Below are positions 11,857 through 21,819 of a DNA stretch of 52,394 nt, piece by piece. Position numbers and translations under genes: made by a program. The notes below the pieces were generated by a model. It saw only the letters and a program-made list of their open reading frames with translations. It was not told where the DNA came from and did no database searches. How positions within the stretch are numbered: the first letter of the stretch is position 1; every line of letters starts with the position of its first letter. The DNA is from a virus (lineage: Duplodnaviria > Caudoviricetes): positions 1 to 52,394 of IMG/VR virus record IMGVR_UViG_3300044642_000273; one strand, written 5' to 3'.

Positions 11857-12090
11857 TTATGAATTAGCAACTGCTAAAGCCTTGTCGATCGCTGTCTTTA
11901 ATCTTTTATTCGGTTCTTTGTCGTCTTCATTAAGACCTTCAATTAGAATATCTAAAAACTCTTTAACACCTTCTTCTGTAAGTGTTTCTTCTGTGTCTAG
12001 ATAATCTTGGAAAATATTCCATTCTGTTTCGAAGTCGTCTTGCTGGCCAAGATATTCGACAAATAAATCTAATGCATCATCTTTTGTCAT
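11857..12090 (-). CDS. small acidic protein (possible inhibitor/partner of the upstream HNH protein)
   Basis: 77 aa, strongly D/E-rich, immediately downstream of a basic HNH-domain protein; role is inference. Confidence 0.55.
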   Translation of the reverse strand: MTKDDALDLFVEYLGQQDDFETEWNIFQDYLDTEETLTEEGVKEFLDILIEGLNEDDKEPNKRLKTAIDKALAVANS

Positions 12091-12102
12091 AGTCGTATTC
12101 TC

Positions 12103-13260
12103 TTATTTAGTAGGTTGAATAGGATTCTTTACTAGATAACCACGCAATTCATTGATTGCATTATTAGACTGGTAAACAACGCCTTTCTTGTCAAACTTAA
12201 GTTTACTACCTTTCTTGTAGATGCCTGCTCTAATAGCAACATCCATATAAGGTTTTACTTGCTGGTTGATTCTGGCTTCTAACTTCTTAAATTCAGAAGC
12301 GCTCATTGGAGCTGAGCCATCTTTACCATACTTAGCATTACGTAACTTACCTGCTTGACTTCCTAATTGTTTAGTAATATTGTTTTGTGCTCGAGCCGCA
12401 GTAGCGACTTCAATTTGAGGATAAACACCGAGATTTCCTGGCTTAGTGCCACCTTTGGCAACTTTAATAGGATTAATCACAGCCTCTAACATATGAGCAA
12501 CCGTATGCTCACCACCATTTAGTAGTGCCATATTCTTACCACCGTTAGAGCCACCTTTACCACCGGAAATCTTATGATGCCATTCCCAATTCATAGTGGA
12601 TAAGCCTTTATCCTTCATGTATTTCTTTTGGCCTTGAGATTCAAACTTATGTTTGTCTACTTCTGAGCCTTGTCTTTTTGTAGCGTGAGCATATAAATCA
12701 TTCATCATAACACGAGCGGCAAATACTCCTGCTTCGCCTTGATTACGAAGATTGTCAATATCTTTCATAGACATTGGTGGCTTCCAAACTCCTTTAGAGG
12801 TAAAATCACCTTCTTTAACTGTAGGAGCTCTTGGCGCCTTAGGCATATCTGCTCCGTAACCTTTAGGAGGTTTCTCAGACTTGTCCCAATGACCACTATA
12901 ATAGATACCATTATCACTTGAGTCGCGTTTATAGAAAGGATCAGTAATAGCGTTATCTGAGTGATAAGCACCACTTACTTTACCTTTATCCATATCTCGT
13001 TTAGGACCGCCAGCAGCGTCTAGCTGAGCCTTCATTTTAGCGGACTCAGCTGCAGACATGGTTGGCTTAGCCTTTACGGCGCCACTTCCACCACTGCCAC
13101 CGCCTTTACCTCCTTTGCCGCCGCCTTCTGGTGCGGCACCGCCTACTCCACTACGAGAAGTAAATCTACCATTGCTTCTATCATGGTACGGATTTCGTTT
13201 TTCCATCAAAACTTCGTCAATTGCGGCCAAAGCCTTGGTAATCATACTACTAAAATCCAT
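12103..13260 (-). CDS. basic protein with NPYHD..GRF motif and HNH-like nuclease domain
   Basis: WEWHHKISGGKGGSN..KNMALL...EH...H fits an HNH fold; K/G-rich; directly downstream of portal. Confidence 0.6.
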   Translation of the reverse strand: MDFSSMITKALAAIDEVLMEKRNPYHDRSNGRFTSRSGVGGAAPEGGGKGGKGGGSGGSGAVKAKPTMSAAESAKMKAQLDAAGGPKRDMDKGKVSGAYHSDNAITDPFYKRDSSDNGIYYSGHWDKSEKPPKGYGADMPKAPRAPTVKEGDFTSKGVWKPPMSMKDIDNLRNQGEAGVFAARVMMNDLYAHATKRQGSEVDKHKFESQGQKKYMKDKGLSTMNWEWHHKISGGKGGSNGGKNMALLNGGEHTVAHMLEAVINPIKVAKGGTKPGNLGVYPQIEVATAARAQNNITKQLGSQAGKLRNAKYGKDGSAPMSASEFKKLEARINQQVKPYMDVAIRAGIYKKGSKLKFDKKGVVYQSNNAINELRGYLVKNPIQPTK

Positions 13261-13283
13261 ACTATCTCCTTATTATAGAATAA

Positions 13284-13320
13284 GTTTATAAGAGCGCTCA
13301 TTTCTAAACGCTCTGTAAAC
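13284..13320 (-). terminator. stem-loop after the portal gene (terminator or processing site)
   Basis: On the minus strand GUUUACAGAGCGUUUA-GAAA-UGAGCGCUCUUAUAAAC forms an imperfect G-U-containing hairpin with a GAAA loop. Confidence 0.45.
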
Positions 13321-13326
13321 CAACTC

Positions 13327-14769
13327 TTACTTCGTGACAAACACGCCTTTCAACATTAAGTTGAGTGCGTCCATGTCGATTTGTTTTTGTTGGGGTTTTA
13401 TTTCTTCTTCAGCTTCTTCTTTAGGAGCTTCAGCCTCAGTTGGCTTTGCTTCTATAGATGCGATCTGAGCTTGTGCTAAGTCGTTTTCACGAGCATTGCG
13501 GTCCATGGCATTATCTGCGTTAGCTTGCATAGGTTGGACCTGTGCTTGAGACACTAACTCATCCGCTACTCCAGGAACTGGAGCCAAGTCTAACTTAGCA
13601 CGAGCTTCGTTAGGCTTCATAATACCATTCAATACTAAACCTTTTAGCATCTCAGCTTTGTTCATTACTTCTGAACGAGCCAAATCACCAATATCTAAAA
13701 CCATCTCTTCGTACTTAGGAAGTTTGAAAGTAAATTCAAATGCTTGCTCAATAACCATACAGATAGAGAGCAAACCAGTGGTTCGCCATCCGTATAACAA
13801 CTGTTCTAGATTATTATAAGTAACGCCTGAGTTTTCGCCTAACATAATAGGTGGAATACCAAACGCTTTTGCAATATCTTTAGTTGTAAATCCTAGTAAC
13901 TGAACTACTTGGCTTTCATTCGCAGAAACAGATACTGGTTGGAAACGTAATCCATTAGAAAGGATAGGTGTTTCGCCTTGTTTCATCTTCTGAGACATTT
14001 CATTCCAACGCTCACGTAAACGAGTAGCTTGTTCGGAAGTCAATGAAGCATCTGTAGTCAATACACCAGATGGTTGGCCTTTGTTTGAGTGAAATGCTTC
14101 TTGTCCAGCACGCAATACTGAGCCAAGACCGATTGAGTTTGCATAAGAGTGCAAAGGACCTAACGCTCTCAAAGGATTGCGTGGGTCTACTTCAAATCTG
14201 CCATGGACTACGTAGCGTTGAGGAATATACATCCTACCTTGCTCGTCTGTCCACTCTTTCCAAGGCTCAGCAAGATGACTGTTCATGTCGTGGAAGTTGA
14301 TTTGGTAAAAGATTGAGCCATCTTCAGCAGCAATCATTTGGAAATCGTGTAGTGGATGAAGAGTCGATTGACGACCTCTACCATCTTCTTCTACGAAACA
14401 AGCAAACTCACCTTTAGTCAATAGACCATCAACAATAACACCGATCATCTCGGCCCACGTCATATAGATGTTGGGTCTAAAGATTACCTCAGAGAGCGCT
14501 GAAGTGCTAAATACTTCTACACTTGCGCCATCTGAATTACGTTTTACGTGAGTAGCAGGAACAGCCATAAGAGCGCGCTTATATAAAGATATAGCAGCAC
14601 TAACATCAGGGTTGAATGTTCTTTCATTACCAGGTGTGTAACCACGCTGATACCAGCCTGAGTCAAAGTGACTTGGGAAAAACCCTTCAAGGGTATTCCA
14701 GCCACCTTGCGCAGGAGTTTTCTCTATGTCGGAAGCGACGAGCGATTTAATTCTATCGAGTAATCCCAT
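13327..14769 (-). CDS. portal protein (HK97 family)
   Basis: RPN.YMT, P.GVL, IAKAFGIPPIMLG, YNNLEQ, GIMKPNEARAKL motifs typical of HK97-family portals. Confidence 0.92.
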   Translation of the reverse strand: MGLLDRIKSLVASDIEKTPAQGGWNTLEGFFPSHFDSGWYQRGYTPGNERTFNPDVSAAISLYKRALMAVPATHVKRNSDGASVEVFSTSALSEVIFRPNIYMTWAEMIGVIVDGLLTKGEFACFVEEDGRGRQSTLHPLHDFQMIAAEDGSIFYQINFHDMNSHLAEPWKEWTDEQGRMYIPQRYVVHGRFEVDPRNPLRALGPLHSYANSIGLGSVLRAGQEAFHSNKGQPSGVLTTDASLTSEQATRLRERWNEMSQKMKQGETPILSNGLRFQPVSVSANESQVVQLLGFTTKDIAKAFGIPPIMLGENSGVTYNNLEQLLYGWRTTGLLSICMVIEQAFEFTFKLPKYEEMVLDIGDLARSEVMNKAEMLKGLVLNGIMKPNEARAKLDLAPVPGVADELVSQAQVQPMQANADNAMDRNARENDLAQAQIASIEAKPTEAEAPKEEAEEEIKPQQKQIDMDALNLMLKGVFVTK

Positions 14770-14793
14770 AGGATTGCCTCCTTCCGATTATAG

Positions 14794-15381
14794 TTATACT
14801 GCTGGTGTCTCTTCTACTGGAGTTGGCTCAGGAGTAACTTCAGGAATTGGCTCTGGAGTTGGCTCTGGAGCAGCAGCTACAGGAGCAACTACAGTAATAG
14901 CAACTGTACCATTCTTGTTACCGTCAGCTGGGACGAATGTAACAGTGTAGTTACCAGCGGCAGCAAAGGTGTGGCCCATCTGACCATCAATAGCATTAGC
15001 TGTTGGTTTACCATCGCCAAAGTTGTATGTACCGGCGTTAGCAGGTGCAGCATCGAAATGATACTTCATAGGATCTGTAGCGTCAACCGTTGCAGTAATA
15101 ACGTAAGTTACTTGTTCAACAGGAGGAGGAACAACTACATCAGAGCCAGGTTTCACACCCAACATAGCCAATGAGAAATCGGATGTTGTTGGTGCTGCTA
15201 TAGCTGCTGCAGTGTTGTCTGGTGTTGCTGCGTTAGCGAAGTTAGTGCCTTCTAAATCAAGACCATTCTTTGCTACTACAAAAGTTTTTGCTTGTGCTGA
15301 GCTCATACCTAAGATTTGGCCAGCGTGCCATACGTTACCTTTTTTGTCAGTAACTGGCTTAAGAGTTAAAACTGCTTTCAT
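14794..15381 (-). CDS. PKD/Ig-like domain protein (head decoration candidate)
   Basis: YNFGDG...HTFAAAGNYTVT PKD signature, Pro-Glu tail; start moved to the ATG at 15381 (MKAVLT) behind a GGAG RBS. Confidence 0.65.
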   Translation of the reverse strand: MKAVLTLKPVTDKKGNVWHAGQILGMSSAQAKTFVVAKNGLDLEGTNFANAATPDNTAAAIAAPTTSDFSLAMLGVKPGSDVVVPPPVEQVTYVITATVDATDPMKYHFDAAPANAGTYNFGDGKPTANAIDGQMGHTFAAAGNYTVTFVPADGNKNGTVAITVVAPVAAAPEPTPEPIPEVTPEPTPVEETPAV

Positions 15382-15544
15382 TGAGTTCTCCTTCATTGGA
15401 ATTGGGTTCATCGTCTGCGTAAACACCGCATCCAGATGAGACTATTGCTAGAGCAAGGGCCGGATCTACGAAGTAAAACTCGTCCGCTCTAAATTGTTGT
15501 TTTTGTAATATCACTGTCTTACCAATATATACTTCTCTTTTCAT
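15359..15544 (-). CDS. hypothetical protein
   Basis: 61 aa; ATG overlaps the nrdB stop (ATGA). Confidence 0.5.
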   Translation of the reverse strand: MKREVYIGKTVILQKQQFRADEFYFVDPALALAIVSSGCGVYADDEPNSNEGELNESSFNS

Positions 15545-16548
15545 GCAGCCTTACCCCAAACGTCATTCCAGCTTCCAGACAAAGCGCCTTTAGCGTAATC
15601 TGTTACTCGGTTTTCGAAGAAGTTACCATGAATAGGAGCGTTAATCATCGACTCTACCCACGGTAATGGATTCGTTTTACGTTTGAAAATACCTTTTAGG
15701 CCTAATGAGATTAAGCGGCGATCTGCAATATAGCGAATGTATTCTTTTACATCACTAGCTTTTAAGTCGCGCATATCAGTACCAGCAAATGAAAGGTCAA
15801 TAAATTTATCTTCAAGCTCAACCATCTTCTCTGCAATAGAGTAGATTTTAGATTTCAATTCATCGTTCCAGATTTCTGGATTTTCTTTAATATATTCTTT
15901 AAAGAGTTTAATCATAGACTCTGCGTGCATTGTCTCATCAACAATAGACCATGTAACAATCTGTCCCATGCCTTTCATTAGACCATGACGCGTAAAGTTT
16001 AGTAACATGATAAAAGAAGAGAATAGTTGCATTCCTTCTGTAAACGCTGAGAATACGGCAATATGAGTGGCTGTTGACTCTAATGTGCCATTCTTATTAC
16101 TCAATTCTAAAACGTAATCATGTTTATCACGCATCTCTTGGTATTCAAGGAATTCGTTGTAAGTAGACTCAGGCATGCCGAGTGTTTCGATTAGATGCGA
16201 ATAGGCGGCGATATGAAGAGCTTCACGGGCCGCAAAGCCCATTAGCATCATACGCACTTCTGGTTGTGGGAAATATGGCAAGTAATTCTTAACATATCCA
16301 CCAGCAACGTCGATATCGCCTTGTGTGAAGAATCTAAAGATATTGGTCAAGAACTGTTTCTCACTAGGAGTCATTTTTCTTTTCCAGTCTTTTACATCTT
16401 CTGCCATTGGCACTTCTGTATGCATCCAATGAGATTGCTCATGTTTAAGCCAGGCTTCATAAGCCCATGGATAATTGAATGGCTTAAAGTGCGTTCTTGT
16501 ATCCGTTAAACGTGATTTAGTTTTTACCATTTTATCCTTCGCATGCAA
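15541..16548 (-). CDS. nrdB: ribonucleotide reductase class Ia beta subunit
   Basis: KPFNYPWA, W...EV....D, EALH...Y (radical Tyr), EG.QLFSSF, DET.H di-iron motifs; true start may be a few codons downstream (MVKTK). Confidence 0.96.
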   Translation of the reverse strand: MHAKDKMVKTKSRLTDTRTHFKPFNYPWAYEAWLKHEQSHWMHTEVPMAEDVKDWKRKMTPSEKQFLTNIFRFFTQGDIDVAGGYVKNYLPYFPQPEVRMMLMGFAAREALHIAAYSHLIETLGMPESTYNEFLEYQEMRDKHDYVLELSNKNGTLESTATHIAVFSAFTEGMQLFSSFIMLLNFTRHGLMKGMGQIVTWSIVDETMHAESMIKLFKEYIKENPEIWNDELKSKIYSIAEKMVELEDKFIDLSFAGTDMRDLKASDVKEYIRYIADRRLISLGLKGIFKRKTNPLPWVESMINAPIHGNFFENRVTDYAKGALSGSWNDVWGKAA

Positions 16549-18319
16549 TACATTCTACACCTTCAGTAAGAGAGTGTAGGTCAATTTCTTTAATAACTTC
16601 TCGTTCAATCTTCTTAGAGATCTTATCAGCTTTAGCAATCTTATCAGAACGACAGTAATACATAGTTTTCAAGCCTTGCTTCCATGCTTGGAAGTGTACA
16701 GCATGAATATACTTTATATGGCTATCTGGTCTGAAGAACACGTTAAGTGACTGGGCTTGGTCGATATATTCTTGTCGATCAGCAGCATGCTGGACCACCC
16801 ATCTCTGGTCAATTTCCATTGATGTTTTAAACACATCCCTGTCCCAGTCTGACATCCAGCTAAGATGCTGGACAGAACCATCATTGGCAATAATGCTAGA
16901 CCAAACCTCATCATACTCATCACCTTTTTGTTCACGGATAATCTTATCTAAATAACGATTACGTGTAAAGTGTGATCCAGATAAAGTGTCTTGGCGATAT
17001 GCATTTGCGCGATATGGCTCAATACTAGGAGACGTGTTGCCCATAAGAATCGATGAAGAGGCGTTAGGAGCAATAGCCATTAAATGACTAAAGCGTAGTC
17101 CTGTGCCTTTAGCATCAGGAGCTTCTCCACGTTCTTTACCAAGTTTCTTATTAGCAGCGTCAAGCTGACTTCTAATGTGTTTGAAGATTAGTTTATTACG
17201 GCCAATAGCCATAGGTGATTCCCAGGCTATGCTGTTCTTTTGCAAGTAAGCGTGCCATCCAAGCGCACCCACGCCAATTGATCGTTCTTGCATAGCGGAG
17301 TATCTTGCTCGCTCGATTGTAGAAGGAGCGTTATCAATAAAATACTGAAGAACATTGTCAAGAAGTTCTGCAACATCACTAAGGAAAATAGGATCCGATT
17401 TCCAATCGTCATAATACTCCAAGTTTAAAGAAGATAGACAACATACGGCTGTACGCTTTTCGTTAGTTGGTAGAATAATTTCGCTACATAAATTGGATTG
17501 GTGGACTTTTAATCCTAAATCTTTTAAATGCTTTGGTAGTTTACGGTTTGACTCATCTATGAAATGTAGATAAGGCTCGCCAGTAGTCATACGTAATTCT
17601 AAAATCTTTTGCCATAACTCACGAGCAGATACAGTCTCTCTAACCTCTTTCGAAGCAGGATCGATTAAATCCCATGAGTCATCAAAATCATTGTCTAACA
17701 TAGACTTCTCGATCAACTCCATAAAGGCGTCAGGAATATTAATTCCATGATGCAGATTTAGAGTACGCATGTTTTGATCGCCGGTTGGCTTGCGCATTTC
17801 TAAAAATGGGATGAGATCGGGATGAGAAATATCAAGATATGCCGCGTATGAACCTCTACGAGTGCGACCTTGACGGAACGCTAATGAGGACGCGTCATAC
17901 ATCTTTAGGTGTGGCATGACACCAGTTGATTTATCGTCAGCAGACCGAATACCGAATCCTACACCTACGCCGCCTCCTAGCATTGATAGCCAGTTGGTTT
18001 CAGATAGATTATCAACTAATCCTTCTGAAGTATCTTCTACATAGTTTAGGAAACACGAGATTGGTAGACCACGCTTACTGCGACCAAAAGAAAGGATTGG
18101 TGTAGAATAAGACAACCAATGCTTGCTACTATATTCATAGAGTCGTTGAGCGTGTTCAGGGTTACTACTGAAAGATTTACTTACAAAAGCAAAACGCTCT
18201 TGTGGACTTACTTCTTCGTCTGTCATGTAACTTTCTTTAAGACGGATCTTACCTAATTCATCAAATAGACTATCTCTAGAATAATCTACTTGGATACCGT
18301 GAACAGTATCTTTGCTCAT
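16532..18319 (-). CDS. nrdA: ribonucleotide reductase class I alpha subunit (no ATP cone evident)
   Basis: PISCFL, SNLCSEI catalytic motif, AIAPNASSS, KTMYYCRS, C-terminal CIACEG. Confidence 0.96.
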   Translation of the reverse strand: MSKDTVHGIQVDYSRDSLFDELGKIRLKESYMTDEEVSPQERFAFVSKSFSSNPEHAQRLYEYSSKHWLSYSTPILSFGRSKRGLPISCFLNYVEDTSEGLVDNLSETNWLSMLGGGVGVGFGIRSADDKSTGVMPHLKMYDASSLAFRQGRTRRGSYAAYLDISHPDLIPFLEMRKPTGDQNMRTLNLHHGINIPDAFMELIEKSMLDNDFDDSWDLIDPASKEVRETVSARELWQKILELRMTTGEPYLHFIDESNRKLPKHLKDLGLKVHQSNLCSEIILPTNEKRTAVCCLSSLNLEYYDDWKSDPIFLSDVAELLDNVLQYFIDNAPSTIERARYSAMQERSIGVGALGWHAYLQKNSIAWESPMAIGRNKLIFKHIRSQLDAANKKLGKERGEAPDAKGTGLRFSHLMAIAPNASSSILMGNTSPSIEPYRANAYRQDTLSGSHFTRNRYLDKIIREQKGDEYDEVWSSIIANDGSVQHLSWMSDWDRDVFKTSMEIDQRWVVQHAADRQEYIDQAQSLNVFFRPDSHIKYIHAVHFQAWKQGLKTMYYCRSDKIAKADKISKKIEREVIKEIDLHSLTEGVECIACEG

Positions 18320-18356
18320 ACAACTCCTTATTTTTGGGGGATTTAAATAAAAATAC

Positions 18357-18392
18357 TCTAAGACACTCCGAGAATCCTCAGAATGCCTTAGA
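18357..18392 (-). terminator. probable intrinsic terminator after the major capsid gene
   Basis: Minus-strand 16-bp stem with G-U pairs (UCUAAGGCAUUCUGAG-GAUU-CUCGGAGUGUCUUAGA) followed by GUAUUUUUAUUU. Confidence 0.65.
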
Positions 18393-18429
18393 TAGATTTA
18401 CTTAATTACTTAAGAGAATCTTTTAGCGA

Positions 18430-19707
18430 TTAAACTCCGCCTAGACCGTCAACGATCTGTACTGAGCCGCCACGTACGTCAGCCCAACCAGTGTTGGTGA
18501 TCATACGAATTGCCAACATATCTTGTTGGAACAATGAAGCGTTCAATGCAGGACCTGTTGCTGGAGCGTCGTCCATCTGCAATGCAGCTGTGTCGCTAAC
18601 TGCGAAGTTAGGTGAACCCAAACCGAAGTAAACTTCAGCAGCGTCAACCAACATGATGCTGTCAGCAGGAGCAGCATTAGATACCAATACGTCCATACCC
18701 ATCAAGCGGCCAGAAGCCAACTCAGATTGGAATACGAAAGAACCAGTAGCAGTCATAGTCATGCTCAAACCTAAATGTACAGCAGGAGTCATGATAGCGA
18801 CTGGCTTGCTTGTACGGTTCTGGTTAGACATAGCTGTAATAGCTTGTTTCAATGCCGCGATAACTTCTGCAGTTGTCACGCCAGTAGCTGTGATTGGTGT
18901 TACACCATTCAACAAACCAGCTGGAGACAATGGAGTTGCAGCAGCAGCAGAGAATGCTACTGAATCTAACAATGCAGCTGTATCACGAATGATAGCGTCA
19001 CGTAGGATTGGCTCGATCGCAGGAGTAGACTTGCGAAGGATCTCTGAAGTTGCAACAGTGATTACACCTAATTTGCTTGACTTGATAGTCTTGCTACCGA
19101 AAGATGTCTTCTTAACTGGAATTGATTGACCTTCGCCGATGAAAGCACCAGCCAACGCAGTTGTAGAACCAGCGTAGAATGGAATGATTACTTCGTTGTT
19201 CTTGTCAAATGACAATGATACGCCACCTTTAGCTGCCAACTGTGGCAACAAAGCTGCTGGACGTAGCAACTCAAGGAATGTACCATAAGATTCACGAACT
19301 AATTCTTGAGCCCAACCAGCCACGTCAGTGCGTGCTTCTGGAGTAGCTGCTTTAGTTACAGCGTAAACGCCAGAGTCTTGGCCGTATAGAGCCTCAGCAG
19401 CAGCCAATTGGCTCATGCCTTCAACTTTAGCTTTAACAGCAACTAGAGCTTGCTTCTCGAAAGAATACTCATTTGCTGATTTGTTACGGATAAATGCTGG
19501 AGCAGATTTCTGCACCAATACTTGCTCAGCCTTCTCTAAAGAAGCCATTTTAGCTTGGTCATCTTCGATAGACTTTGTTAGTTGCTCTAGAGTAGCAGCA
19601 TCTACATCTTCACCGTTAGCAGCTGCTTCGGCTAGTTTAGCCAACTCAGATTTCTTTTCAGCGATTGCAGATTTTGCAGCTTCAATTTTTGTAGAAATGT
19701 TAGACAT
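18430..19707 (-). CDS. major capsid protein (HK97 fold, with N-terminal delta/scaffold domain)
   Basis: N-terminal coiled coil, then A.FIGEG..IP, L.G..V..S, N..SLFQQDMLAIR motifs; follows the prohead protease. Confidence 0.92.
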   Translation of the reverse strand: MSNISTKIEAAKSAIAEKKSELAKLAEAAANGEDVDAATLEQLTKSIEDDQAKMASLEKAEQVLVQKSAPAFIRNKSANEYSFEKQALVAVKAKVEGMSQLAAAEALYGQDSGVYAVTKAATPEARTDVAGWAQELVRESYGTFLELLRPAALLPQLAAKGGVSLSFDKNNEVIIPFYAGSTTALAGAFIGEGQSIPVKKTSFGSKTIKSSKLGVITVATSEILRKSTPAIEPILRDAIIRDTAALLDSVAFSAAAATPLSPAGLLNGVTPITATGVTTAEVIAALKQAITAMSNQNRTSKPVAIMTPAVHLGLSMTMTATGSFVFQSELASGRLMGMDVLVSNAAPADSIMLVDAAEVYFGLGSPNFAVSDTAALQMDDAPATGPALNASLFQQDMLAIRMITNTGWADVRGGSVQIVDGLGGV

Positions 19708-19715
19708 GTTAATCC

Positions 19716-20435
19716 TTACTTTTTTATAACACTAACCGCTTTTTGATAAGCAGCTAGTAATTGAGGGTCAGTGATTTTAACTTGTTTGTTAAATACTGAG
19801 TTAGTGCTAATCGCATCTTTAGCGAGAAGGTCTTGAGCCTTTTGAAGCGCCAATGAACTTGGCAAAGGTGTATCATCATCAACATCAATGTCGGAATCGA
19901 CTCCGTCAATAGATACAAAGGTCTTAACTACATCGTTACTAATTTCCAAGGATTTAGCGATCCTTAGAGCGTTTTGATTTGCTGGCACTGATACGAGAGA
20001 TACCTCACGTAAAACAGCTTTATGCACAATCATGCCTTTCCGTGGGCGACCTTGAGCGTCTTTTCGTTTTTCGAAGTTTTTGACACCAAAGCCAACAGAA
20101 GTGGCGTTTAAGATTCCTGCTTCTACCAATGCGTTGGCGTATTTTAATACGTCACTTACTGGAGGCGCAAGAGTTAAATCTGCTACAGTCTCGTAACCAC
20201 CTTTTTGGCGAGCACGAGTTTGAATATTGGACCAACGACCTACAGGTTGTTTGTGGTCGTGTTGCAAAAGAGCAATCGGATTCGCATTGAATTCGTCTAG
20301 CTCCCAGCCGTCTTGTTTTACAATATCGCCATCACGATCTTCATCATCAGTGGAGATAATAAAACGATATGTTGGAGCGACTGTGCCTGCTACCTGCTCA
20401 ACAGGTGAGGTAAGTGCTTTGTTAATGATATCCAT
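19716..20435 (-). CDS. prohead (maturation) protease, HK97 type
   Basis: DRDGDIV...GW, L.QHDH..PVGRW, SVGF, LREVSLVSVPANQNA. Confidence 0.93.
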   Translation of the reverse strand: MDIINKALTSPVEQVAGTVAPTYRFIISTDDEDRDGDIVKQDGWELDEFNANPIALLQHDHKQPVGRWSNIQTRARQKGGYETVADLTLAPPVSDVLKYANALVEAGILNATSVGFGVKNFEKRKDAQGRPRKGMIVHKAVLREVSLVSVPANQNALRIAKSLEISNDVVKTFVSIDGVDSDIDVDDDTPLPSSLALQKAQDLLAKDAISTNSVFNKQVKITDPQLLAAYQKAVSVIKK

Positions 20436-20596
20436 TGATATCTCCTTTAGTGAAGCGGTATTAAGAAAGATACGTCATACTTAGTATCAAGTATCTCACT
20501 TGAGTTAAACAGAGGAGATCTCGCAACCTCCTCTGGAAACCCTAAGGGAATTCACTCCCCCAAGCTTCAACCCTTTCGAGTTTCAAGAAGCTTGTA

Positions 20597-21376
20597 TTAT
20601 CTAATAGCAGTGTTGGCGTTGTTAGCACTATTACCAGACATTGTACCAGAACCGATGTTAATCTGGTCGTTAGTACCGCGTTGGTAAATTAAAGGTAAAG
20701 CAGTATTTAGCAATGTGCTAATACCGTTTAGCTGTGCTTGTGCTTGCTGCTGTTGTTGCATTTGGTTTACGTTCTGAGTAACGTTAACTTCAGTTCCTAA
20801 AGCACGATGACTCGCGTCTAAAGTCGCTAAGCGATCTCGTAGAGTTTGAATCTCAGATTGTGCGATTGCTTGAAGAATTACAGCATTACCTTGCGCTACT
20901 TGGGTAGATAAATCCTTTGTAGCTAGTAAGTTATTAGTAGAACCAGTCATTACAGTATTGCCTAGTTGGTTTAAACCTTGGCAAATTTGATTGCTTTGCT
21001 GGAGAATAGCGTTTTGAGTTTGTGACGCAGTCAAAGGAATAGACCCTTGAATGTCGCCAAGTTTACTTAAAACTTCGGTTGTTGCAATTTGATTCACAGC
21101 ATTACCGTTGCCATCTCCGTTACCAAAGCCACCATTACGGCCAAATAGAGCGCCTAAAAGTAGACCAGCAACGATACCGCCGCCGCCAATACCACCAAAG
21201 CCGTCCATGCCATAGCCTCCGGCAACTCCACCTGCAGGTTTAAAGACATTAGTAATTTCAGGTATTTCATACATATGCGATTTCCTTTTCGAATGTTCCC
21301 ACAATTTGTCAATAGACGCTTCGTGGGCAGTTAGTTTATCCATCATTTCATGCATTTGTTTCTGCATTTCATCCAT
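20597..21376 (-). CDS. Gly/Asn/Gln-rich protein with one hydrophobic segment
   Basis: 259 aa; GGGGIVAGLLLGALFG hydrophobic stretch followed by Q/N-rich helical region; AAGGA RBS. Confidence 0.6.
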   Translation of the reverse strand: MDEMQKQMHEMMDKLTAHEASIDKLWEHSKRKSHMYEIPEITNVFKPAGGVAGGYGMDGFGGIGGGGIVAGLLLGALFGRNGGFGNGDGNGNAVNQIATTEVLSKLGDIQGSIPLTASQTQNAILQQSNQICQGLNQLGNTVMTGSTNNLLATKDLSTQVAQGNAVILQAIAQSEIQTLRDRLATLDASHRALGTEVNVTQNVNQMQQQQQAQAQLNGISTLLNTALPLIYQRGTNDQINIGSGTMSGNSANNANTAIR

Positions 21377-21505
21377 GATTTATTTTCCTTTCTTTTGATT
21401 AAGAATTGAAATGTATTGAGGGTACACTTCATATTCGTAACAAAAGGGGGATAGATAAGGAATTGTGGATTTAACTAACTTACAAAAAAAAGGATTGGTG
21501 CTACA

Positions 21506-21817
21506 TTACTCTATAGATTCCCATATCTTATTAAGTCTATACTCAATAAGTTGTGGAATCTCATCTAGTTGATACACGCCTGTTGACTCTAAATCGAATT
21601 CAATAGACTTATCACTTTCATCTAAAACGAAATCGTAAAATTCAAAATCGCCGTCGTCAAAAGATTTAAAATTTTCTCGTATCTGTAGGCCGGCAACGTA
21701 AGGACTTCCTAATGAAAATCCTACGGTACCGTCATCAGATTCTTGAATCTGTTCCATAATAAACGGAACAAGAGAAGCAGGTGTTCCCACTAACTCACTA
21801 AGTTTAATCATTCTCAT
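21506..21817 (-). CDS. small acidic protein
   Basis: 103 aa, D/E-rich, starts 2 nt after the stop of the basic RNAP-like ORF. Confidence 0.6.
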   Translation of the reverse strand: MRMIKLSELVGTPASLVPFIMEQIQESDDGTVGFSLGSPYVAGLQIRENFKSFDDGDFEFYDFVLDESDKSIEFDLESTGVYQLDEIPQLIEYRLNKIWESIE

Positions 21818-21819
21818 AC

